Position numbers and translations under genes: made by a program. From assembly GCA_022842285.1 (NCBI GenBank), contig JALHPV010000002.1:15597-79596 (forward strand): a stretch of 64,000 nucleotides of DNA. Direction: 5' to 3'. Below, in pieces: positions 17,220 through 25,496 of this stretch (positions within the stretch are counted from its first letter, which is position 1; the number at the start of each line of letters is the position of its first letter). Below the pieces are notes generated by a model. The model did no database searches and was not told the origin of the DNA. It saw only the letters and a list, made by a program, of their open reading frames with translations. Origin of the DNA: Kofleriaceae bacterium. GTDB lineage: Bacteria > Myxococcota_A > Polyangia > Haliangiales > Haliangiaceae.

Positions 17220-19271
17220 ATGCGTCGCGTCGTTCGGGCCGTGGTTCAGGCGGTGCGCCAGGCGTGGCGCGCGCTGGGCCACGTACCGGCGACGCTGCTC
17301 GTGCTCGCCGCGCTCGCGACGGCGGTCATGTACTGCTCGAACGACCTCCAGGACAAGGAGCCCGCGGCCCCACGCGGCGACGGGACGTACCGCCCGGTGA
17401 TGGCTCGCGGCGACGGGCACATGCACTTCCTCATCACGCGGTCGCTCGTGTTCGACCGCGACATGAACTTCGACAACGACCTGGCGCGGTTCGGCGATCC
17501 GTGGCGCCAACCCAAGACGGTCACCGGCCGCAAGAACGTCATGCAACAGATCGGGCCGTCGCTCGTGTGGGCCCCGGTGCTCGCGCTCGCGCACGGCGCC
17601 GCCTTGGTCGCGAATCTGTTCGGCGCTGATATTCCGACCCACGGCTACACGCTGTTCCACCAGCGCATCCTCTACGGCTCGAGTGTGCTGTTCGCGTGGC
17701 TCGCCATTGCCCTCGGCGTGTTCTGCGCCGTGCGGCTCGTCGGCGGGCGGTGGGGACCGGTCATCGCCGGTATCGCGGTGCTCCTCGGGACATCGCTCAC
17801 CTACTACGCGACGTACATGCCCAGCTACGCGCACGCGATGGACGCAGCGGCCTGCGCCGGCTTCCTCGGGTACTGGCTCTGTACGTTCCAGGAGCTGCGC
17901 TGGCGGCGCTACGTCATCCTCGGCGTGCTGCTCGGTGTGGCCGCGATGGTGCGCGTCCAGGATCTCGGCTTCGGGATCGTGGTGGCGATCGAGGTCGTGG
18001 TCGTCGCGTGGAATCTGCGCGCACGGGGCGAGTCATCACGGGCGTGGCTGCGCGCGGCGGGTGGCCTGGTGGCGCGCGGTGCGGTCGTGCTCGCGATCGC
18101 GATCCTCGTCCACGTGCCGCAGTTCTACGAGTGGAAGCAGCTCTACGGCTCCTGGCTCACCACCCCGCAGGGCCCCGGGCAGATGCGCTACACGACGCCG
18201 CTGGTCCTGGAGCTCCTGTTCTCGTCGCGCAACGGCTGGTTCTCCACCCATCCGATCGCCTACCTCGGCACGCTCGGGCTCGTCGTCGGGGCGATCTCCG
18301 GACCCCGGCTCGGGCCTCGCACGCGCATCACGTGCGTCGCGCTGCTCGCCGCGATCGCCGTGCAGGTCTACTTCAACTCGATCACGTACGAGTGGTGGAG
18401 CGGCGCATCGTTCGGGCAGCGCCGGATGTGCTCGGTGAGCTTGCCGCTCGTGATCGGGCTCGCCGTGCTCATGCGAGAGTGCGCGCGGATCGTGGGGCGG
18501 CGGCTCCCGCGCGTGGGGCCCCGCGTGCAGTACGCGAGCGCGATCGTCGGCTTCGGGTACCTCGTCGCGTGGAACCTCGCCTGGACCGGCGCGCTGCGGC
18601 ACGGCGTGCCCGCAGGGCGCGACAACCGACCGACGTGCTGCAAGGACGTGCCTCGACCGCTCCGGTGGATCGCGCAGCCGATCTACGACGCGATCGGCAA
18701 TCCCTTCGAGCTGCCGGCGAGCGGTCTGTTCGCGGCGCGCTACGGCGTGAGCCTGCAGCGCTGGGATGTCGCGGTCGGGATGTACCCGCTCGTGCCGGGG
18801 GTGCTCGGATACCAGGACGGCAGCTATCGACGGGCCACGGCGACGTGGGATCTGGCCGGTCCCGGTGGCGCGCCGTACCTGCTCGACGGCTGGTCGAAGT
18901 CCCATCGTGATGCGACTCGTCAGGTGAAGGTGTGGCGGTGGACGCGCGAGCGCGTCGCCGAGATGATGGTTCCCCTGCTCATGCCCGAGCCGCACCAGAT
19001 CACGGTCCCGATCGCCGCGAACGTGGCCGACGGCGAGAGCATGGAGGTCGTGATCCGTTGGAACGGGAGTGAGCGGATCCGCACCCGGGTCGCGGCCGGA
19101 TGGACCTCGCTGCAGTTCGTCACCGACGACCGGGTCGGCACGGGGATCCTCGCGATCGAGAGCGAGCCCGCGCCGTTCCGTAGCCCGAGCCGATCCGACA
19201 TGCCGTCCATCCAGCCCGGAGTCGGAGCCGTCGGGGTCGCCGTGGGCCCGTTGCGGATCGGCTTGCCGTGA
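17220..19271 (+). CDS. Polytopic membrane protein, putative GT-C-fold (ArnT/PMT-like) glycosyltransferase (683 aa)
   Basis: It has multiple hydrophobic segments, an acidic first loop (GDGHMHF...FDRDMNFDNDL) and a large soluble C-terminal domain. It is divergent from the sulfatase-fold gene, with a 105-bp gap. The family call is tentative. Confidence 0.55.
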   Translation: MRRVVRAVVQAVRQAWRALGHVPATLLVLAALATAVMYCSNDLQDKEPAAPRGDGTYRPVMARGDGHMHFLITRSLVFDRDMNFDNDLARFGDPWRQPKTVTGRKNVMQQIGPSLVWAPVLALAHGAALVANLFGADIPTHGYTLFHQRILYGSSVLFAWLAIALGVFCAVRLVGGRWGPVIAGIAVLLGTSLTYYATYMPSYAHAMDAAACAGFLGYWLCTFQELRWRRYVILGVLLGVAAMVRVQDLGFGIVVAIEVVVVAWNLRARGESSRAWLRAAGGLVARGAVVLAIAILVHVPQFYEWKQLYGSWLTTPQGPGQMRYTTPLVLELLFSSRNGWFSTHPIAYLGTLGLVVGAISGPRLGPRTRITCVALLAAIAVQVYFNSITYEWWSGASFGQRRMCSVSLPLVIGLAVLMRECARIVGRRLPRVGPRVQYASAIVGFGYLVAWNLAWTGALRHGVPAGRDNRPTCCKDVPRPLRWIAQPIYDAIGNPFELPASGLFAARYGVSLQRWDVAVGMYPLVPGVLGYQDGSYRRATATWDLAGPGGAPYLLDGWSKSHRDATRQVKVWRWTRERVAEMMVPLLMPEPHQITVPIAANVADGESMEVVIRWNGSERIRTRVAAGWTSLQFVTDDRVGTGILAIESEPAPFRSPSRSDMPSIQPGVGAVGVAVGPLRIGLP

Positions 19272-19351
19272 CCTCACGGACGACTCCGATCCGGCGGTGA
19301 ACGCACAGGTCCTCTGAACCGGCGTCGCCAGTAGACTGCATCCAAGTAGCG

Positions 19352-20707
19352 ATGCAGCACGTGGTCATCATTGGCGGCGGGTTCGGTGGGCTCGCAGCCG
19401 CGCGCGCGCTCGCGAAGGCTCCGGTCCGGATCACGTTGCTCGACCGGCGCAATCACCACCTGTTCCAGCCGCTCCTCTATCAGGTGGCGACGGCGGCGCT
19501 GAACCCGAGTGATATCGCCTACCCGATCCGCAGCGTCGTCGCCGAGCAGGACAACGTGCGGGTGCTGCTGGCCGAGGCGAAGAGCATCGACCCCACGGCG
19601 CGCACCGTCACGCTCGACGATGGCTTGCTCGAGTATGACTTCTTGATCGTCGCCACCGGCGCGACGCACTCGTACTTCGGCAACAACTGGTCGGCGGTCG
19701 CACCCGGGCTCAAGACCGTCGAGGACGCGCTCGAGATCCGGCGGCGCATCTTCCTCGCCTACGAAGCGGCCGAGCGCGAGGCGGATCCGGTCGCCCAGCG
19801 CGAGTGGCTCACGTTCGGGGTCGTCGGGGCGGGGCCGACCGGTGTCGAGCTCGCGGGAGCCCTCGGCGAGATCGGGCTGCAGACGCTCGTACATGATTTT
19901 CGCACGATCGACTCGACGGACGTGAAGGTCCTGCTCTTCGAGGGCACCGATCGCGTGCTGCAGGCGTACCCGCCCAAGCTCGGCGAGGCGGCCAAGCGCT
20001 CCCTCGAGAAGCGCCACGTCGAGGTGCGGTTGAACACGCGCGTGGTCGGCATCGACCCGCACGGCGTCACCATCAAGGACGCGACGGGTGAGCACCGCAT
20101 CGGCATGCGCACCGTGCTGTGGGCGGCGGGCGTGCAGGCGTCGCCCCTGGCGGCGAGTCTGGGCGTCCCGCGCGACAAGGCGGGCCGCGTGATCGTCGAG
20201 CCCGATCTATCGATCCCGGGCCACCCCGAGGTGTTCGTCATCGGAGACCTCGCGCTCATGACGAGCAAGGGCGCGCAGGTGCCAGGCGTCGCGCAGGGCG
20301 CGCTGCAAGGCGGCAAGCACGTCGCGAAGCAGATCGCGGCCGAGGTGCGCGGCACACCGGCGCGGAAGCCCTTCGCCTACTGGGACAAGGGCAACATGGC
20401 CACCATCGGTCGCGCCTCGGCGGTGGCAGCGACGAAGCGGGTCGCGCTCAGCGGCTTCTTGGCCTGGCTCATGTGGTGGGCCGTCCACATCTTCTTCCTC
20501 GTCGGCTTCAAGAACCGCTTCGTGGTGATGTTCTCGTGGGTGTCGTCATGGCTCTCGTACAAGCGCGGGGCGCGCCTCATCACCGGCGACGTCGGCGCCT
20601 TGCCCCGCCTCGAATCGATCGCGCCCGACGGGCAGCCGTCGATGCCCGCCGGCGCGGAAACCGTCGCGTTCAGTGAATCCGACGGAAGTGCAGCATCTCC
20701 TGGCTGA
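19352..20707 (+). CDS. ndh: Type II NADH:quinone oxidoreductase (NDH-2)
   Basis: The sequence shows VVIIGGGFGGLAAA, HHLFQPLLYQVATAAL, a second dinucleotide fold VVGAGPTGVELAG, and a C-terminal membrane-association helix. Confidence 0.9.
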   Translation: MQHVVIIGGGFGGLAAARALAKAPVRITLLDRRNHHLFQPLLYQVATAALNPSDIAYPIRSVVAEQDNVRVLLAEAKSIDPTARTVTLDDGLLEYDFLIVATGATHSYFGNNWSAVAPGLKTVEDALEIRRRIFLAYEAAEREADPVAQREWLTFGVVGAGPTGVELAGALGEIGLQTLVHDFRTIDSTDVKVLLFEGTDRVLQAYPPKLGEAAKRSLEKRHVEVRLNTRVVGIDPHGVTIKDATGEHRIGMRTVLWAAGVQASPLAASLGVPRDKAGRVIVEPDLSIPGHPEVFVIGDLALMTSKGAQVPGVAQGALQGGKHVAKQIAAEVRGTPARKPFAYWDKGNMATIGRASAVAATKRVALSGFLAWLMWWAVHIFFLVGFKNRFVVMFSWVSSWLSYKRGARLITGDVGALPRLESIAPDGQPSMPAGAETVAFSESDGSAASPG

Positions 20708-21335
20708 CCAGGGTGCCGCTTTCGATCGTGATCTTGCGCGTCGCGATCACCGGCATGCCGCCGGGATTGGGCGCGAAGTTCATCTGGAAGGCAGTGTCTT
20801 TCAGGCAGTCGAGCAGCTGATCCTGGTTCTCGATCGTCGTGCCGTCGCTGTCGATGCCCGGCGCCTCGACGAGGGACTGACCGCGCTTGCTGACGACGTT
20901 CCACGTCGCCATCACCGTGCCCGACACGCCGTTGCTGAACCGCGAGATGCACTCGCGCACCTGCGGCTCGACGGTCTCCATCGCCGTCCGCAAGGTGGCC
21001 TTGGTCGCGACCGGATCGTTGCTCGTCGGAGGGTCGTCATCGGGGTCGCCGGCGAACGCCTTGTCGGCGGGCGACTCGTTGACCACCAAGGGCGCGGGCT
21101 CGACCGGGGCGCTCTTGGCGGTCTTCGCCGCCACGGCCGCCCGGGGCGTGCGCGTGCCGGGGACAATGGTGGGCGGTCCGGGCGCTTGCTCGCGCAGGCC
21201 CGGCGGGGCCGCGACCGGCTTGACCGTCGCCATCGGCTCGGCGTGCGTGTCCTCGGCGAGCAGACCCTTCAGCACGACGAGCAGCACGAGCACCAGGCCG
21301 CCAGCGATGGCGATGAGTGCTCCAAGTCCCTTCAC
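20670..21335 (-). CDS. Single-pass membrane-anchored protein with a Pro-rich linker and a TonB-C/AgmX-like C-terminal domain
   Basis: The N-terminal TM is GALIAIAGGLVLVLLVVL. A Pro/Ala-rich spacer leads to a roughly 100-aa globular C-terminus. The gene lies 19 bp downstream of the HEAT-repeat gene on the same strand. Confidence 0.55.
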   Translation of the reverse strand: MKGLGALIAIAGGLVLVLLVVLKGLLAEDTHAEPMATVKPVAAPPGLREQAPGPPTIVPGTRTPRAAVAAKTAKSAPVEPAPLVVNESPADKAFAGDPDDDPPTSNDPVATKATLRTAMETVEPQVRECISRFSNGVSGTVMATWNVVSKRGQSLVEAPGIDSDGTTIENQDQLLDCLKDTAFQMNFAPNPGGMPVIATRKITIESGTLVSQEMLHFRRIH

Positions 21336-21354
21336 GTCCGTGACCTTGCCACGG

Positions 21355-24264
21355 TCACGCCAGAGCGACCAGGTCTTCGAACGCGGTGTAGTAGCTCTTC
21401 CGGAACGCTGCCAAGGTGGCAGCCCCCGCGCTCGCCCGGTGGGTGACGAGGTTGCGGACGGCGGCGAGGGTGTGGAGCCGGTGGGCGAGGGCGACCGTGC
21501 GCTCGTTCGCCTTGGCCTCCTTGCCGCCGAGCTTGAACAGGTTCTTGAAGCCCGTCGGGTGATCCACCGCGAACAGCACCAGCATGCGGGCCCACTCCGT
21601 GACGGAGAGCGGCGAGTCGAGGCGCTTGCGGCGGTGCTCCTGGAGCTCGCGCACGGCGTTCGTGATCGCGCGCAGCGGGATCTCGACCTTGGCGCCCCCG
21701 ACCTCCGCCGGATCGCGCCACTTTGGCTCGAGCCAGCGCGCGTAGCTGCCCCAGCTGCCGCCGATGACGCGATCGACGTAGTCGAAGAGCATCCCGGGGT
21801 CGCGCTGGAGACCGGCGAGGCGCGGCCCGAGGAAGGCGTGGACGTAGTTCTCGAGCACCTTCATCCACAGCGTGATGGGCGGCGAGAGATCCGCGTCCAG
21901 CGCATGCGCGCTGGCGTTTCGATCGTCAGTCCTCGCGGCTTCGCCGCTGCGGAGGGCCTGACCCGTCGACTGGAATAACGACTCCGCCGTGCGGAGACTG
22001 CGGATCATCGCATCGAAGCCGGAGAGCTTCGTCATCTGCGCGAAGCTCGGGAACGCGGACGTGATCTCGCCGTCGACGTCGATCGGCGCGGGGGCGGCAC
22101 TGGTGCTCGCCGACGTCTCGATCTTCAGGCGCAGCAATGGTTCGAAGGCCGGATCGTCGGCGTCCGTGCGGCGTAGCGCGGCGTCGATGGCGGGACCGAG
22201 CGCGGCGGCATGTGGACGCCCGATCGTGATCGCGGCGGCGACGGTGCCACGCGCCGTGGGATCGCCATCACCAGCGACGAAGGCGATCGCTTCGGCGAGG
22301 GACTTCGCCGTGCCGAGCCGCAGGAGGCCGGTGACGGCGCGCTCGTGAACGGCCGGGTCGTCGTCTCGCATCGCGTTCAGCAGGACGGCTTCGCTGCTCG
22401 GGTCGGCGATGCGCCCCAGGGCGGCGATCGCGGCTCCGCGGACCGCAGGCGCGTCGTCCTCGGTGAGCGGCGTGATCACGCCCGCGGGCACCGCGCCGCC
22501 GAGGATGCCGGCGAGCTCTGCGCCCACCTCGCGCAAGCGCGGCTCCGGAGCTGCGATCAACTGCGACGCGCGCCCCGCGAGTGACGCCACGACCTTCACC
22601 TCCGGCGCGGTGGCGACGAGCGCGGTGACGGCGGCGCCGAGGACCCGCGGATCCTCTTCCTTCTTGATGAGCGCCACGAGCTCGGCCGCCGTCGCGGGGA
22701 GCGCGAGCTCGGCCAGCGCCACGTAGGCCGCGAGACGCAGGTCCGACGGCTCCGTCGCCACGCAGCGACGCAGCAGCACCGGCGCGAGCTCGGTGAGCCC
22801 GAGGTTGCCCGCGACGTAGGCCGCACGGCGTCGCACCATGGGGGCTTCGTCGTCGAGCATCGGCGCGATCACGGGGCCCATCACGCTGATCTGGCCTGGA
22901 TCCGTGCCGAGGCGCTGCCGCTTCGCCGGCAACTCGTCCTCGTCATCGATCGGCGGCAACACGATCGCGGCCGAGCTCAGGGCCGCCACGGCGGTCGGGC
23001 TGGGCGTCGAGGACTTCGCGGGCCCGGCCCCTCCGGTCGAGCGCCCGCCGAGCTGCAGGGCCCACAGCAGCGCGCCACGGATCGCGCTGGACGGTGACCC
23101 CGCCAGATCGCCGAGGCGCTCCACGACCTCCGTGCCGCTCGCGAACGCCCCCATCGCCTGGATGGCGGCGGCGCGAATCTGCTCGTCAGCCGTCTCGCGA
23201 TGCGCGAGCTCCGACAGCGCCGAGCGCTCCCACGGCTGATCCGCCTCGATCGCACCGACGGCGCGCGAGCGCACCTCGACGTCGAGGCCGGGCCGCTCGG
23301 CGACGCCGAGCAGGTACCGCGTGATCTCCGGATCGCGGAGCTCGCCGAGAATCTGCACCACGCCGCGCGGATCGTCCGCGAGCAGCACTTCGGCCTGTTC
23401 GAGGACGTCACTCACCGCGAGCGTGCGCAGCCTCCGGGCGAGCGCCGCCCGCACCGCACGATCAGGCTCGCCGAGGGCCACAAGGAAGCGCCCGGCCGCA
23501 TCGCGGTTGCGCTCGTCCTCGAGGGCGCGCGCCGCGAGGCGCGATGCGAAGCGGATCTCGGCGTCGTCGTGGCGCGCGAGGCGCCGCAACATGGGCAGCA
23601 CCTCCAGCGCGCCCAGCTCCGCGAGGTATCGCACCGCCGCGATCTGCACCTCGGGCTCGAGATCCTGGCCGAGCACCACGAGCGCCGCGTCGCGGGCCGC
23701 GGGCGACCGGATCTCCGTCAGCGCCGTGAGCGCGGCCGCCGCCTCCATCGCGTCGCCCATGATGAGGGGCACGAGCCGGTCGACCGCGCTCATCGCGCCC
23801 ATGCGCCCCAGCGCCCCGATAGCCGCGCGCCGCAGAGCCGGTGGAGACGTCTCGACGATGAACCCGGCGACCGCTTCCTCGAGCGCCGGGAATCCAAGCC
23901 CCCCGGCCGCCTGCAGCGCCGAGGCGACGATCGTCGGATCGCGGTCCGACAGCCGCCGGTGCACGTACGGCAGGAGCCAGATGTTCCGGAAGCCGCGCCC
24001 CATCGCACCGAGGACGCCGCGCCGGTCGGCGGCCGTATCGACGAGTCGCGCCGCCTCGAGCAGCGCGAACGCCGCGCGCTCTGCCGCCTCCCAGCTCGCC
24101 CCCAGCGCCCGCCCGGCCAGGTCTCCCAGCAGTCGGCAGGCATCCAGTCGATGCGCCCGCGTCGATGCCTCGAGGGCGGCGACGGCGAGCACTGCCACCG
24201 CCTCCGCCGGGTTCCCCTCACCATGCTCCAGCCTCGTCCTGAGTGCCCCCGGACTTTCGATCAT
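21355..24264 (-). CDS. HEAT/PBS-lyase-repeat protein with a distinct C-terminal alpha-helical domain carrying an R-N-x3-H (HEPN-like) motif (969 aa)
   Basis: The ATG at 24262-24264 starts the gene. HEAT-like units recur (RRAAIGALGRMG, VRRRAAYVAGNLG, VRGAAIAALGRIADPS). The last roughly 200 aa are non-repetitive and end in HTLAAVRNLVTHRASAG. The upstream 75 codons of the track ORF were rejected. Confidence 0.75.
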   Translation of the reverse strand: MIESPGALRTRLEHGEGNPAEAVAVLAVAALEASTRAHRLDACRLLGDLAGRALGASWEAAERAAFALLEAARLVDTAADRRGVLGAMGRGFRNIWLLPYVHRRLSDRDPTIVASALQAAGGLGFPALEEAVAGFIVETSPPALRRAAIGALGRMGAMSAVDRLVPLIMGDAMEAAAALTALTEIRSPAARDAALVVLGQDLEPEVQIAAVRYLAELGALEVLPMLRRLARHDDAEIRFASRLAARALEDERNRDAAGRFLVALGEPDRAVRAALARRLRTLAVSDVLEQAEVLLADDPRGVVQILGELRDPEITRYLLGVAERPGLDVEVRSRAVGAIEADQPWERSALSELAHRETADEQIRAAAIQAMGAFASGTEVVERLGDLAGSPSSAIRGALLWALQLGGRSTGGAGPAKSSTPSPTAVAALSSAAIVLPPIDDEDELPAKRQRLGTDPGQISVMGPVIAPMLDDEAPMVRRRAAYVAGNLGLTELAPVLLRRCVATEPSDLRLAAYVALAELALPATAAELVALIKKEEDPRVLGAAVTALVATAPEVKVVASLAGRASQLIAAPEPRLREVGAELAGILGGAVPAGVITPLTEDDAPAVRGAAIAALGRIADPSSEAVLLNAMRDDDPAVHERAVTGLLRLGTAKSLAEAIAFVAGDGDPTARGTVAAAITIGRPHAAALGPAIDAALRRTDADDPAFEPLLRLKIETSASTSAAPAPIDVDGEITSAFPSFAQMTKLSGFDAMIRSLRTAESLFQSTGQALRSGEAARTDDRNASAHALDADLSPPITLWMKVLENYVHAFLGPRLAGLQRDPGMLFDYVDRVIGGSWGSYARWLEPKWRDPAEVGGAKVEIPLRAITNAVRELQEHRRKRLDSPLSVTEWARMLVLFAVDHPTGFKNLFKLGGKEAKANERTVALAHRLHTLAAVRNLVTHRASAGAATLAAFRKSYYTAFEDLVALA

Positions 24265-24294
24265 GCGTGTCACGTTACTGTAGAGTCCGCGACC

Positions 24295-24705
24295 GTGTCT
24301 TTGTGTCCTCCCGTCCGCTTCGCGATTCCCATCACCGCGGTGGCCGCCGATATCGACGAGCTGGGACACGTCGGAAACCAGGTCTACCTGCGCTGGGTCC
24401 TCGACGTCGCCATGGCCCACTCGCGCGCCCGCGGCTGGGACCACCCCGAGTACCGCGCCTTCGGCTCGATCTTCGTCGTGCGCCGTCACGAGATCGACTA
24501 CATCGCGCAGGTTCGCGAGGGCGAGACTCTCACCGCCGAGACCTGGGTCGACTCCTGGCGCCCCGCCTCGTGCATCCGCAAGTCCGAGCTCCGCCGCGGC
24601 GACACCGTCGTCTGCCGCGCTGCCACCACCTGGGCTCTCATGTCCCTCTCCTCTGGCCGCCCGCAGCGCATCCCGGACGAGCTCATCACCCTCTTCACCA
24701 CCTGA
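24295..24705 (+). CDS. Hotdog-fold acyl-CoA thioesterase (4HBT/YbgC-like, 136 aa)
   Basis: This is the tail of the 501-aa track ORF: FAIPITAVAADIDELGHVGNQVYLRWV...FVVRRHEIDYIAQVREGETL. The start is inferred at GTG 24295, with TTG 24301 as an alternative. Confidence 0.7.
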   Translation: MSLCPPVRFAIPITAVAADIDELGHVGNQVYLRWVLDVAMAHSRARGWDHPEYRAFGSIFVVRRHEIDYIAQVREGETLTAETWVDSWRPASCIRKSELRRGDTVVCRAATTWALMSLSSGRPQRIPDELITLFTT

Positions 24706-25399
24706 CCGCCGCGATCGCCTCCCGCAGCCGCTCCGGCTGCTCCAGCGTGGGATCGTGCCCCGACCCCTCGATCACGGTCAGCGCCGCCGGTAGCCCCCGC
24801 GCGATCGCCAGGTACTTCGCGTCGTCCCCTCCGACGATCAGCCGCACCCGCTCATCCACCACCCCCCGGTAGTCCGGCATCTCCGCGAGTCCCATCGTCT
24901 CGAGGCTCCGCGCCAACCCCTCGGCATCCAGCCCCCGCCGCGCCGCCCGCCGCGCCGCCCGCCTCCCCGCGTCCGCCCGCGCCTGCGATGCGAACAGCGC
25001 CTGCGCCTCCCACGCGTCACCGAACGCCTCGATCCCTTGCTCCCTCAGCATCGCCGCCCACCGCGCATCGCCGGCCCGGCGCTCCGCACGCTCCCCCTCG
25101 CTCGCGAGCCCCGGGTTGACCCCGATCAAGATCGCCCGCGGTACGAATCCCATCGCGACCAGCCCCAGCCCCACGCGTGCCCCGAGCGAGTACCCGACCA
25201 CGACATCGACAATCCCGATGTCCTCGGCAACTGCGTGGAGCTGTCCATTCCACGTCGACGCGCTGACCGGGGGCGGCGCCCCTTGATGTCCGGGATTCGG
25301 ACGGTGCCCGGGCAGCCACGCCCTCGCCGCATCCGGCGGCGCGATCCCGTCCCACACCGCCGGCGTGCCGGCAAAGCCGTGGACATAGACCGTTCGCAC
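24695..25399 (-). CDS. menH: Alpha/beta hydrolase, MenH-like (SHCHC synthase-like, 234 aa)
   Basis: The GTG at 25399 gives VRTVYVHGFAG. The nucleophile elbow is GYSLGARVG. The blocks GVNPGLASEGERAERRAGDARWA and WEAQALFASQ resemble E. coli MenH. Only the C-terminal part of the 452-aa track ORF was kept. Confidence 0.6.
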   Translation of the reverse strand: MRTVYVHGFAGTPAVWDGIAPPDAARAWLPGHRPNPGHQGAPPPVSASTWNGQLHAVAEDIGIVDVVVGYSLGARVGLGLVAMGFVPRAILIGVNPGLASEGERAERRAGDARWAAMLREQGIEAFGDAWEAQALFASQARADAGRRAARRAARRGLDAEGLARSLETMGLAEMPDYRGVVDERVRLIVGGDDAKYLAIARGLPAALTVIEGSGHDPTLEQPERLREAIAAVRW

Positions 25400-25496
25400 C
25401 CGCCTATCCGAGCACGAATGCGCTCGGTCCGCCGGACCCTGGGCTGGTAGGTGTCGCAGGGGGTGTCGCAGGGGTCGGACCCCTGCGACACTGGCG

